Part shown: piece by piece, positions 31,041 through 40,624 of the stretch
Layout: every line of letters starts with the position of its first letter
Numbering within the stretch: position 1 is the stretch's first letter
Source of the DNA: Opitutus sp. GAS368
GTDB taxonomy: Bacteria; Verrucomicrobiota; Verrucomicrobiia; Opitutales; Opitutaceae
Assembly: GCA_945868215.1 (NCBI GenBank)
Contig: CAMBLN010000001.1
Coordinates: 5,424-69,423, forward strand
DNA: 64,000 bases
Direction of reading: 5' to 3'
Translations under genes and position numbers: made by a program
The notes under the pieces: generated by a model
What the model was told of the DNA's origin: nothing
Database searches by the model: none
Seen by the model: the letters and a program-made list of their open reading frames with translations, nothing else

Positions 31041-31140
31041 CCGAGCCTCCGCCGCGCCGAGGCTTGGTCTACGCCTGACCGCCGGTCAGGCAGTTGGTCA
31101 GGCTCCGATCCAAACCGACCGACCAGCGTTCGGTCCTACA
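31041..31140 (-). repeat. Cluster of three hairpins, two with REP-like GTAG leaders, between convergent genes
   Basis: CCGAGCCTC-N9-GAGGCTTGG-T-CTAC (31041-31072), GCCTGACC-GCC-GGTCAGGC (31073-31091) and GACCGA-N7-TCGGTC-CTAC (31117-31139). On the minus strand, the first and third read GTAG + hairpin. Confidence 0.45.
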
Positions 31141-31169
31141 GGGATAAGCGCCTCGAATCACCGCGCGCC

Positions 31170-32183
31170 TCACGGAGAAGCCAAGCTGTCGCGCAGCAGC
31201 AGCCGCCCCGGCAGAACCGCATGCTGGATCGGTGCCGGATCGGGATTTTCCAAGGTGTCGATCAGGATCTCCGCCGCTTTAGCGCCGATGCGCGCCAGGG
31301 GCTGACGCACCGTGGTCAACCGCGGCTGGCACCACTCGCCCACCGCAAAGCCGTCGAAGCCAGTGATTGATATGTCCTGAGGCACTCGCACCCCGAACGT
31401 CGCCGCATGGCGGATCAATGACACCGCGATAAGATCGTTCACACATACAAGAATGCTCGGACGCTGCTCCGGCGCCAGAGCCACCACCTGCTTCCACACA
31501 TCCAGAGCCATCTTGCCCTCCATGTCCGAACGCAGAATCAACGGAGTCCACGTGTTGCCGACTTGATTGGTCACATGCACGGAAAACGCACGTTCTCGCT
31601 CGCTCAGCGAACCTTGATTCCAGCTTGCAGTCACCAAAGCAAAACGCCGGTGACCCAGTCCCCAAGCATGGTCAATCATCTCGCCAAGCGCTTCGTAATC
31701 ATCCACATCCACGGAAGAAGCATTATTCGCGCGGGTTTCGCATCCAACCAACACAATCGGCAACCGGGTATGCCCGAAACCGTTCAGGAGCACATTGTCC
31801 GGTGAAAGCACCACCGTAGCCAATCCATCGATCGAGGCATCATCCAACACCGAAAATACTTCGTCCGAAGTGGGATCGGCCTGCACCGTAATTTTCACCT
31901 GATACCGGCGACGACTTGCCTCCGAAAGAAAACCTTGAAGCACTCCAACAAAGTAATGGTTCTCCGGGTGGGAAAAATTAAATCGTTCCTCGATTAGAAT
32001 GCCAAGAGTCTGGCTACTCTGACGCACCAAGCTGCGTGCCAAATTGTTTCGGCGATAACCCAGCTCACGAGCCGCCTGCTTCACCCTCTCGCCGGTTTCA
32101 GCAGAATAAGTCGTCTCCTTCCCAAGTAAAACATTTGAAACCGTCGTGATCGACACGCCAACTGCGGCAGCTATGTCTTTCAC
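31170..32183 (-). CDS. LacI-family transcriptional regulator
   Basis: KDIAAAVGVSITTVSNVL HTH, LGYRRNNLARSL hinge, LGHRRFA, DISITGFDG, LTTVRQP. Confidence 0.92.
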   Translation of the reverse strand: MKDIAAAVGVSITTVSNVLLGKETTYSAETGERVKQAARELGYRRNNLARSLVRQSSQTLGILIEERFNFSHPENHYFVGVLQGFLSEASRRRYQVKITVQADPTSDEVFSVLDDASIDGLATVVLSPDNVLLNGFGHTRLPIVLVGCETRANNASSVDVDDYEALGEMIDHAWGLGHRRFALVTASWNQGSLSERERAFSVHVTNQVGNTWTPLILRSDMEGKMALDVWKQVVALAPEQRPSILVCVNDLIAVSLIRHAATFGVRVPQDISITGFDGFAVGEWCQPRLTTVRQPLARIGAKAAEILIDTLENPDPAPIQHAVLPGRLLLRDSLASP

Positions 32184-32332
32184 CGTGATAGACCTAATTG
32201 ATTTTTACGAGGCGTTAGTTCGCTTTCGCTGGATTTGGGTTTAATCGACATTTTATTTTAGTAAAAATACGTCACGAAAACACTGGAATTTTAATTGTAA
32301 ATAACGTTCGCCACTAGAGCGAAAAGATTCAC

Positions 32333-32360
32333 TTGACGTATAAAACCCCGGACTTACTTT
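32333..32360 (+). promoter_or_regulatory. Putative sigma70-type promoter TTGACG-N16-TACTTT for the TPR/ExbBD operon
   Basis: -35 at 32333-32338 and -10 (TAnnnT) at 32355-32360, ending 8 bp before the ATG at 32369. Confidence 0.4.
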
Positions 32361-32368
32361 TACGCTAA

Positions 32369-35254
32369 ATGTCTTACCCCGCTCCAGCTATTCCGCGCCA
32401 TGCTGCGAGCGCTTGGTTCAGCTTGGTCCTGCTTGTCTCACTGTCCGGCTTGCCTGCCATCCCGTTGGAGGCCCAACCGCAAATATCGATTGAATCTCAA
32501 TTGGTGGAGATCGAGACCTATTTCAAGAAGGGCCAGGCGTCCCAAGCGGCCGGCATCCTGGATCGCATCCTCGCCCGACTGGACGCGGGCGAAGCCATGC
32601 CAGCCGGGTTATCCGCAGCACAGATTCGCCTCGCTGCGGCCACGGCCCACTTTCAGTCGCGTAACTACGCCCGGGCCGCCGAGATCGCCGCCACCGTGCC
32701 CAATTCCCCCGGTGCGACTCCTCAGATCATCGGCGAGGCCGCCATGATCCAAGGTCTCGGCCTCGCGCTGGAGAAGAAGTTTGACGAAGCCCTGCCCGCC
32801 TTCAAAGCAGCCGCAGCCTATGGCCCGCAGCGCGACCGTGCCTTGCTCTACGCGGCCCGCGCAGCCTATCAGGCCGGCAAGCCCGACGAGGCTATAGCCG
32901 GCTACAATCGACTGCTCGAAAGCGGCCTCCGCGATCGAGACTGGGGTGACGCAGCCCTCGCATTGATCTCACTCCACCTCGAGCGCGGAAACCTTGCGGA
33001 AGCCAAGCGCGGGCTCGCCTTGATGCGCGGCAAGCTCGACCTCGTGGACAACCTCGCCGGGCTCAACATCCTGTATCTCCAGCTGGGCGATTCGCTCTTC
33101 GCCGCCAAAGACTACGACGCCGCACTCGCAGCCTACCGCACCATATACCCGCGCGAACGCCTGTTGAACGAACAGAAGGCCATCAACGCCCAACTCGACG
33201 CACAGATCGCGCGCATCACATCCCTGCCCCGTCCCTCAACCACTGATCAAGACCTGCTGCTTCGCCTCACCAATCGCCGCGAACAAGCCGGGGCCGCTCT
33301 CGAAAGAATCACCGCGATGGCCGACTACGACAACATCGTGCGTTACCGGCTGGGCCTGTGTTTTCAGGAGAGGGGCGGCACGTGGCAGGCCGCGTTGATT
33401 TACGAGGACCTGCTCACCCGTCACCCCGATCCCGCCGCATATTACAACTTGGTTCGTGCCTACGCCGACGCAGGACGCTTCACGCGAGTGCGCACCGCCG
33501 CCGAACGCTTTCAAAAAGCGTTCCCCGCACACGAACTCGTGCCAAAAGCCATGTTTTTGGCCGCACTCGCCGCCGGCCGCACCCGCGATGTCGATGCCCA
33601 GCTGCGTTTCCTCGACCAGGCCGTCGAGGCCGCGTCCACTCCGGATTTGCGCGAAACCATCCTGCTGATGCGCGCCAACGCCTTGTTCACGCTCGCCCGC
33701 TACGACGACGCCGGACGCGCCTGCGCCAATTACCTCAAAGAGTTTCCCAAAGGACGCTTTGCCGAAGAAAACACCTACCTTGAGGCCATGGCCGATCTCA
33801 ACCTCGGACGCGCCTCGCGCGCAGAGGAAAAACTCAAGGCCTACCTCGCCGCTTATCCTAAAGGTAAGTTCGACGCCGACGCCCGCTACCGCCTCGCAAC
33901 CACCGCCTATGCCCGGCAGGACTACCAGCTCGCCATCAAAATCACCATCAATTGGCTCCTTGATTTCCCCACGGACCACCACCAGCGCGGTGAGATTTTA
34001 TCACTCCAAGGCGACGCCTTTTCCGGTGCCAACCAAATCGACGACGCGGTCGCAAGCTACACCGCCGCCCTGCAAATCAAACTGCCCGACGAACTCCTCG
34101 GCTACGTTCTCGACGAGCTCACGCGCCTGCATCAGACACGCCGCGACTACGACACCGCCGTCGCGATCTGGACGGATTTTGCCCGCGAAAATCCCGACCA
34201 CCCCTACGTCATAAACGCCGCCTACTGGATCGGACGCCTGCGCGCCCGCCAAGGCAAGAACAGTGAAGCCATCGACGCTCAAGCAGGCATCCTCCGCCGC
34301 TACGTGACCGAGCCGCAGTTCGACAATGTCGAGCGGCTGCTGATCGAGTTCGCCAGTCACCTTGCCCAGCCTGCGCGCACGAAAAAGAAGGAAGATACCA
34401 CCCCGCCGGTTTCGATTCTGGAACTCTACGAACGCGTCGAGACGCTCCTGATCAACAACCGCACCGGCAAGTCGCCCACCAGCGTCGCCCGCGTGCTTTT
34501 CACGCAAGCCGAAATCGCCATTTTGCGCAACGAGCCCGACCGCGCCGGCGAACTCTACAGGCGCATCGCCACCGAATTCACCCCCGATACCCTGCCCCCC
34601 GGCATCCTGGGCAAGGTCGGCGATTACCTGTTCCGCGTCGGCCAGCCCGAGGCCGCCCGGCCGTTTTTCCAACGCATCGTCGATGCCCACGCCCGCAGCG
34701 TATTCGCCGATTTCGGTTACCAAGGTCTTGGCCAGGTGGCCTTGCGTGCCGGTCGTCCCCAGGAAGCCTTGGACTTTTTTACCGTCGCCGTGGACAAGAC
34801 TGGAGCGCGTTTCAAATTGCGGGAGATCACCCTCGGTCGCGGTTACGCCCTGCTCGCGCTCGGTCGCCTCGACGAAGCTCGGCAGACCTTTGAATCCGTC
34901 GCCGCCAATCGAGCTTGGCGCGGCGAGTCCACCGCCGAAAGTCTTGTCGCACTCGGCGACACTGCCCGCAAATCCTCGGCGCCCGACGCTTTCGCCAAAG
35001 CCCAGGCCTACTATCAACGCGTCTACATCGGCTATAAACGCTTCCTGCCCTGGGTGGCGGCCGCCTACACGCGCGGTGCCGAATCCTTCCTCGCCACAGG
35101 ACAACGCGACGAGGCCATCACCACGCTTCAGCGCATGATGACCGACGACCGCCTCTCCTCCCTTCCCGCCTTCGCCCAAGCCCGCGACAGGTTGCGCGAA
35201 CTCATCGCCCAGCGCGACGGCGGACTCCCCTCGACTCCCCGGTTCGATTCCTAA
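32369..35254 (+). CDS. Large periplasmic tetratricopeptide-repeat protein
   Basis: 961 aa with a signal peptide and serial TPR-like helical repeats (e.g. YLKEFPKGRFAEE..YLEA, YLAAYPKGKFDADARYRLA). Confidence 0.85.
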   Translation: MSYPAPAIPRHAASAWFSLVLLVSLSGLPAIPLEAQPQISIESQLVEIETYFKKGQASQAAGILDRILARLDAGEAMPAGLSAAQIRLAAATAHFQSRNYARAAEIAATVPNSPGATPQIIGEAAMIQGLGLALEKKFDEALPAFKAAAAYGPQRDRALLYAARAAYQAGKPDEAIAGYNRLLESGLRDRDWGDAALALISLHLERGNLAEAKRGLALMRGKLDLVDNLAGLNILYLQLGDSLFAAKDYDAALAAYRTIYPRERLLNEQKAINAQLDAQIARITSLPRPSTTDQDLLLRLTNRREQAGAALERITAMADYDNIVRYRLGLCFQERGGTWQAALIYEDLLTRHPDPAAYYNLVRAYADAGRFTRVRTAAERFQKAFPAHELVPKAMFLAALAAGRTRDVDAQLRFLDQAVEAASTPDLRETILLMRANALFTLARYDDAGRACANYLKEFPKGRFAEENTYLEAMADLNLGRASRAEEKLKAYLAAYPKGKFDADARYRLATTAYARQDYQLAIKITINWLLDFPTDHHQRGEILSLQGDAFSGANQIDDAVASYTAALQIKLPDELLGYVLDELTRLHQTRRDYDTAVAIWTDFARENPDHPYVINAAYWIGRLRARQGKNSEAIDAQAGILRRYVTEPQFDNVERLLIEFASHLAQPARTKKKEDTTPPVSILELYERVETLLINNRTGKSPTSVARVLFTQAEIAILRNEPDRAGELYRRIATEFTPDTLPPGILGKVGDYLFRVGQPEAARPFFQRIVDAHARSVFADFGYQGLGQVALRAGRPQEALDFFTVAVDKTGARFKLREITLGRGYALLALGRLDEARQTFESVAANRAWRGESTAESLVALGDTARKSSAPDAFAKAQAYYQRVYIGYKRFLPWVAAAYTRGAESFLATGQRDEAITTLQRMMTDDRLSSLPAFAQARDRLRELIAQRDGGLPSTPRFDS

Positions 35255-35258
35255 TCCC

Positions 35259-36083
35259 ATGTCGCCCCGCACCCGATTCCTTCCGGCCCTTCTCGTGTTA
35301 GCCCTCGCCTGCGTCACCAACCACGCCCGCGCCCAACGCTATCTGCTCAAAGACAACTCCGTCATCCCCGCCAACGCGGCCACGTTGCGCGACGGCCAAC
35401 TCATTGCCACGGCCAACTTCGCCGGCGGCGGCGTTTTCGAACGTCGCATCGCACTCGGCGACATCGCCCGCCTCGACTTCCCGATTCCTGACGGGCTCGC
35501 CGAAGCGGAGGCTGCCTTGCTCGCCGGCAACCACGCCGAGAGCCTACGCTTGGTCACACCCATATATCAACGCTTTGCCCCCTTCGCCGCCATTCCAGGC
35601 AGCTACTTTGTGCAAGCCGCCCGGCTGCGTTTGCAGGCGCAAATGGCATCAGGCGACGAAGCCAACGCCACCGCCACAGCCAATGAACTCATCCGGCTCG
35701 ACCTCTCCCCCGAAATCAAAGGTATCGCTCACATGGCTCTCGCCGAAATCGTGGCCCGCAAAGGCCAGCCCGACGTCGCCGCGCTGATGATTGAGGAGAT
35801 CGTAAAAGACGCTCCCCCCGTCGTCCAGGCCCGTGCGTGGTTGTTGCGCGGCGAACTCGCCACGCGCCGCGCCGCCCACGAAGAGGCCGCAGAGGCCTTC
35901 CTCCGCGTGCAGGCGTTCTATGGCGATCAAGAATCTCTGATGCCCGCCGCTCTGCTCGGCGCCGGACGCGCCCTCCGCGCTTACGGAGACAAAGCCATGT
36001 CCGAGCGCATACTTGGTGATTTGCTTGACAACTACACCGGCACCGCCGAGGCCGCCGCCGCCAAAAAAGAACTCGGTTTCTGA
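35259..36083 (+). CDS. Exported TPR-containing protein
   Basis: Signal peptide, short beta N-domain, TPR helices (AEAFLRVQAFY...AALLGAGRAL). Confidence 0.75.
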   Translation: MSPRTRFLPALLVLALACVTNHARAQRYLLKDNSVIPANAATLRDGQLIATANFAGGGVFERRIALGDIARLDFPIPDGLAEAEAALLAGNHAESLRLVTPIYQRFAPFAAIPGSYFVQAARLRLQAQMASGDEANATATANELIRLDLSPEIKGIAHMALAEIVARKGQPDVAALMIEEIVKDAPPVVQARAWLLRGELATRRAAHEEAAEAFLRVQAFYGDQESLMPAALLGAGRALRAYGDKAMSERILGDLLDNYTGTAEAAAAKKELGF

Positions 36084-36105
36084 CTTCCACACTTATCCAC
36101 TCACC

Positions 36106-36903
36106 ATGAAAACGCCCCGTCTCTTCCTCTCCCTCTTCGTCGCTCTGGCCGCTCCCGCCGGCCTGCTTGCCCAAAGCCCCGCCGTCGTCGACGCCGGCCC
36201 CCAGGTGATCCGCAAATCCCTCCTCGGCGAATTGTCCGTCCCCGCCATCTGGCCGCTATGGCTATGCTCCGCCCTGATCATCTACCTCGTGGTTGATCTT
36301 ACCCTGAAAACCGGCCTGCGCGCCTTCATCACCCCTGAGGCGGTGAAGACGTTGCGCGATCGTTTCCGAGCCGGGGACTACCGTGGAGCCTATGCCTGGT
36401 GTGTGCAAAACCCCGCCCCCCTCACCAACATCATCGGTGCAGGCCTCAAGCACGCCGGCGGCGGCAAACAGGCATCCGAGGAAGCGATGGCCGCGCAGAT
36501 CGTCGGCGAAAACTCCCGCTTTCAAAACCGCATCGCTTACCTGTCCGTGATCGGCGTGATCGCCCCGATGATCGGCCTCACCGGCACGGTGATCGGCATG
36601 ATCCAAGCCTTCGCCGCCATGGGCCAGGCCGGTGCGGCCGACCCGTCCAAACTCTCCGGCGCCATCGGCCACGTGCTGCACGCCACCGCCGCGGGTCTCG
36701 CCGTCGCCATCCCGGCTTTCGTCGCCTATTACCTCCTCCGCAACCGCGTCAGCCACGCCATCCACGAGATCAGCGGCGAGGTCAACGAATTGTATCGCCG
36801 CTTCCCCTACAACCGTCTCGACGGTTTGGACTTCGAGGGTGCCGAGGCCTGCGCCGCCGCCCCCGATTGGGAAACCGCCCCCGTCCCCGAGAACCAGGGC
36901 TGA
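36106..36903 (+). CDS. exbB: MotA/TolQ/ExbB proton channel protein
   Basis: LSVIGVIAPMIGLTGTVIGMIQAF...LHATAAGLAVAIPA. Probable start is the ATG at 36106. Confidence 0.92.
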   Translation: MKTPRLFLSLFVALAAPAGLLAQSPAVVDAGPQVIRKSLLGELSVPAIWPLWLCSALIIYLVVDLTLKTGLRAFITPEAVKTLRDRFRAGDYRGAYAWCVQNPAPLTNIIGAGLKHAGGGKQASEEAMAAQIVGENSRFQNRIAYLSVIGVIAPMIGLTGTVIGMIQAFAAMGQAGAADPSKLSGAIGHVLHATAAGLAVAIPAFVAYYLLRNRVSHAIHEISGEVNELYRRFPYNRLDGLDFEGAEACAAAPDWETAPVPENQG

Positions 36904-36952
36904 TCCGTTCACGATCAGTCGCCCCTGAAAACCTTCAACCTCCCTCACGCAC

Positions 36953-37375
36953 ATGGCCAGCACTGGTGGCGCCGACGGCGAGCCCGAATTCCAAATAGCC
37001 CCGATGATCGACGTGCTGCTCGTGCTGCTCATTTTCTTCATGAGCATAGCGACCACTGCGGTCACCCGCTACGATCCGTCGATCAACCTGCCCACCGCCC
37101 CCGATGCAGGCAAAAAAGACGATTCCGAGGGCGAACTCGTTTTCAACATCTCCTGGAACGAAAATAACGAAACCGCCGTAACGACTTTCGAAGAAGCCTC
37201 CGTCAGGCCCGGCGACACCATCCCCACCTTGATGCGGCACCACAAGGCCAACCCCAAAGCCCGCGTGCTCATCCGCGCCGACGGCGAAACCCCCGTCGCA
37301 CACGTCAACGAGGTCATCGAGGCGGCCGCGCAGGCCGGAATCGTCGACGTGATCTTCGCCGCCGTGTCCAAGTGA
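36953..37375 (+). CDS. exbD: ExbD/TolR biopolymer transport protein
   Basis: QIAPMIDVLLVLLIFFM, VLIRADGET. Confidence 0.92.
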   Translation: MASTGGADGEPEFQIAPMIDVLLVLLIFFMSIATTAVTRYDPSINLPTAPDAGKKDDSEGELVFNISWNENNETAVTTFEEASVRPGDTIPTLMRHHKANPKARVLIRADGETPVAHVNEVIEAAAQAGIVDVIFAAVSK

Positions 37376-37394
37376 CCCGCCCCGCGCCTTTTCC

Positions 37395-37838
37395 ATGAAA
37401 CTCCCCGTCCAGTCGAACAACCCCGACGTCGGCTTCCAGATAGCCCCGATGATCGACGTCGTGTTCGTCATCCTCGTGTTCTTCATGTCGCTCGCCGCGC
37501 AGATCCGCATCGAACAAATCCTGCAGACGCGCCTTCCCGGTGTCGCCGTTGCCAGCAACGCCACCGACTTCGTTGACGAGCAGATCATCCGCATCGACGA
37601 AGTCGGCGAAATCACCCTCAACGACGAGGCGTTCGACCCGTCCGCCGACCGCGAACTCCCCATGCTCAAAGGCACACTCATGGCCCTCAAGCAGTCCAGC
37701 GACGCCGCCAAATCCAAACTTATGGTCACGGTCATCGCCCACCCCTCCTCCGCCTATTCCCGCACCATCGATGCGCTCAACGCACTGGCCGTCGCCGGTA
37801 TCACGGACGTGACCTTCACCGCCGCGACCGAACCTTAA
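37395..37838 (+). CDS. exbD: ExbD/TolR biopolymer transport protein (second copy)
   Basis: QIAPMIDVVFVILVFFM and a C-terminal ExbD domain. Confidence 0.9.
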   Translation: MKLPVQSNNPDVGFQIAPMIDVVFVILVFFMSLAAQIRIEQILQTRLPGVAVASNATDFVDEQIIRIDEVGEITLNDEAFDPSADRELPMLKGTLMALKQSSDAAKSKLMVTVIAHPSSAYSRTIDALNALAVAGITDVTFTAATEP

Positions 37839-37850
37839 GGTCCCCCGCCC

Positions 37851-39452
37851 ATGTCCGAACCCGTTCCCCCCTCTTCCCCCGACGCACCCGCATCGAAACG
37901 TTCCCTTTACCTGACGATCACCCGAAGCCTGCCGCTCCTCATCACGGTCATCGTTCACGTCATCATTCTGCTGATTGCCGGCGTATTTATCGTGCAGGAA
38001 CAGATCATCGGCAAAAAAAAGGTTCTCCAAGCCGCGCCTCCGCCGGATTCATCCGCGCAGAAACAGGTCGAGCACCGGCTTCAAGTCGCCCGTCGTGGCG
38101 GCGCTTCCGGGGCCTCCGGTTCGCCCATCGAGGTTGACCGCATTTTCTCCACCAACTCCGATGCGCTGCAAATGCCCGCGCTTCCCGATCTCCCTTCGGT
38201 TGGCGGCCCCGGTGGCTGGGGCGGTTTCGGTGGCAACGGTGCCGGTGTCGGTCTCGGCGCGGGTGCCGGCATGGCGACTTCCCTCGGTGCAGGCGCCGGT
38301 CTCGGCGGACGCGGCTTCATGTCGATGTCGTTCCTCGGCATCACCGATCAGAACGTCCAGAACGTCGTCTTCATCATCGACGCGAGCGCAAGGATGATGG
38401 ACCTCCGCAAGAGCGGTTTCCGCGCCTTCGAAATCATCCGCGATCAAATCGGTTCGCTCATCGGCCGCCTCCCGCCCGCCGCCAAGTTCAACGTCATCCT
38501 CTACGGCAACTCCTGGAACGCCCACTCCGACGTGAATCCCTTCCGCACCGAACTCGTCGCTGCCACCACCGAAAACAAAGAGGCCTTCTTCGCGTGGATG
38601 AAACCGGTGAACCTCAACTACGAAAAGATCGGGCCGGCGTCCGCGGCCACGTTCACTCCGTGGAAACCCAAACCGCTTCCCGACGGTTACGGTTTTGATC
38701 GCACGATAGGCCGCATGAACCGACTCGCCTCGCTCATTCAGGCAGGAATCGAGCAACAACCCGACACCATTTTCCTCATCACCGGCGATGTGGATGGCCG
38801 CGCAGGCTGGCGCGCGCCGCCTTCCGCCGAATTGATCCGCCGCCACCGCGCCCAATGGGACGAACGCGGAGATGACCGCCGCAAAGGAATGATCGAATAC
38901 GAGAAGGCCGTGGCGGAGCTCGCCCGCCGGGGAGTCACCCCCGAATCGATGGAACGCGCCCGCTCCGCTGCGAGCAAAAAAGCCGTCGCCGATCTCGCCG
39001 AAGCCAACCGGAAACTCGTCGCCGCCGGCAAACAGCCCGTGGTCAACATCGGCGGTCTGCGTGACATCCAAGGCCGCCAGTCCGAGCTGAAAAAAGCCGG
39101 CGTCAACATCTCCATCGATGGTCGCGGTTGGCTCGTGGACAACGAGGGCAAGCCCATCAATCTGCCCAACAAACCCGACATCACCTACAAAGCCCCCAAC
39201 AAGGAGGACTTCGGCTGGTCCGAGGTTCATCTCCACATCAACCGGCTCCAGCGCGCGTTCACCCCGAAGAAGGTCGCCGTCACCACCATGCTCTTCGTCG
39301 GTCCCGATGATAGCGAAGAAAAGGTGGAACAATGGAGCGAACCCTTGCGCGAGATCTCCAAACGCAACGACGGCAAGTTCCAGGTCATCACCACCAAACG
39401 CCTCGAAGAGATCATCAAAGCCCAGAACGCCGCGCCCGGCGGCAAATCCTAA
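37851..39452 (+). CDS. Membrane-anchored protein with a TonB/TolA-like anchor, Gly/Pro linker and vWA-like domain
   Basis: TM segment [14 protein letters not shown] (T/SxxxH as in TonB anchors), a Gly-rich linker, then [12 protein letters not shown]...FNVILY...[10 protein letters not shown] vWA-like strands. Confidence 0.7.
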   Translation: MSEPVPPSSPDAPASKRSLYLTITRSLPLLITVIVHVIILLIAGVFIVQEQIIGKKKVLQAAPPPDSSAQKQVEHRLQVARRGGASGASGSPIEVDRIFSTNSDALQMPALPDLPSVGGPGGWGGFGGNGAGVGLGAGAGMATSLGAGAGLGGRGFMSMSFLGITDQNVQNVVFIIDASARMMDLRKSGFRAFEIIRDQIGSLIGRLPPAAKFNVILYGNSWNAHSDVNPFRTELVAATTENKEAFFAWMKPVNLNYEKIGPASAATFTPWKPKPLPDGYGFDRTIGRMNRLASLIQAGIEQQPDTIFLITGDVDGRAGWRAPPSAELIRRHRAQWDERGDDRRKGMIEYEKAVAELARRGVTPESMERARSAASKKAVADLAEANRKLVAAGKQPVVNIGGLRDIQGRQSELKKAGVNISIDGRGWLVDNEGKPINLPNKPDITYKAPNKEDFGWSEVHLHINRLQRAFTPKKVAVTTMLFVGPDDSEEKVEQWSEPLREISKRNDGKFQVITTKRLEEIIKAQNAAPGGKS

Positions 39453-39472
39453 AACCCAACGTCCTCGTTTCC

Positions 39473-40603
39473 ATGGCCACGGTCTCCCTTGAAAATCTCA
39501 CCAAAGTTTACGCCGAAAACAAGGGTTCCGGCGTGAAGGTTGTCCATGGCATCGACCTGGAAATCCGCGACCGCGAATTCATGGTCTTCGTCGGCCCCTC
39601 CGGCTGCGGCAAATCGACCACGCTGCGCATGATCGCGGGCCTCGAGGAAATCTCCGGCGGCACCATCTCCATCGACGGCAAAGTCGTGAACAACGTCCTG
39701 CCCAAGGACCGCGACATCGCCATGGTCTTCCAAAACTACGCGCTCTACCCGCACATGTCGGTTTACGACAACATGGCCTTTGGCCTGAAGCTGCGCAAAT
39801 TCCCCAAGGCCGAGATCGACCGTCGCGTGCGCGAAGCCTCCGCCTTGCTCGGTCTCGACGATTATCTCGCCCGCAAACCCAAGGCGCTCTCCGGCGGTCA
39901 ACGCCAGCGCGTCGCCGTCGGCCGCGCCATCGTCCGCCAGCCCAAGGTGTTCCTCTTCGACGAACCGCTTTCCAATCTCGACGCCAAAATGCGTGTCTCC
40001 ACCCGCACCGAGATTTCCAAGCTCCACGACCGTCTCGACGCGACCATGATCTACGTCACCCACGACCAGGTGGAGGCCATGACCATGGGCGACCGCATCT
40101 GCGTCATGAAGGACGGACACATCCTCCAGGTCGCCACCCCGCTCGAACTCTACAACCGCCCGGCCAATGTCTTCGTCGGCGGCTTCATCGGCAGCCCGCC
40201 CATGAATTTCTTTCGCGGCACGCTGCGCTCCGAGGGCGGTCGTATCCAGTTCACGGAGACCAACGCACCGGGCGCTCCCGTCGTGCTCACGCTCGACGAA
40301 CGTCTCGCCCGCGCCGGCGCCGCCCACGTGGGCCGGCCGGTCGTCTTCGGCATAAGACCCGAAAACGTAAGCGACTCCCGCACGCTCGCCAGTCCCGAAC
40401 CCTCCGTCTCCGCGCGCGTGCGCGTCGACGTCGTCGAGCCGATGGGGGCCGAGACCCATCTCTTCCTCGACACCGGCGCCACCGCCTTCATCACCCGCGT
40501 AGACCCCACGCGCTCCTACGCCGTCGGCGAAATGTTGTCCGTCACGTTCGACTTGGCCAGCGCCCATCTCTTCGACGGCGAGACCGAGGCCGTTTTGAAC
40601 TGA
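39473..40603 (+). CDS. Carbohydrate ABC transporter ATP-binding subunit (MalK/MsmX/UgpC family)
   Basis: GPSGCGKST Walker A, LSGGQRQR signature, [12 protein letters not shown]-terminal TOBE/regulatory domain. Start ATG at 39473. Confidence 0.95.
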   Translation: MATVSLENLTKVYAENKGSGVKVVHGIDLEIRDREFMVFVGPSGCGKSTTLRMIAGLEEISGGTISIDGKVVNNVLPKDRDIAMVFQNYALYPHMSVYDNMAFGLKLRKFPKAEIDRRVREASALLGLDDYLARKPKALSGGQRQRVAVGRAIVRQPKVFLFDEPLSNLDAKMRVSTRTEISKLHDRLDATMIYVTHDQVEAMTMGDRICVMKDGHILQVATPLELYNRPANVFVGGFIGSPPMNFFRGTLRSEGGRIQFTETNAPGAPVVLTLDERLARAGAAHVGRPVVFGIRPENVSDSRTLASPEPSVSARVRVDVVEPMGAETHLFLDTGATAFITRVDPTRSYAVGEMLSVTFDLASAHLFDGETEAVLN

Positions 40604-40624
40604 ACCGCGCGCGCACCGCCGCCC

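Noticed and set aside
38013-38020. A8 tract in the vWA gene as a phase-variation site
   Set aside because: It is in frame, encodes a Lys-Lys pair and is short; there is no evidence of switching.
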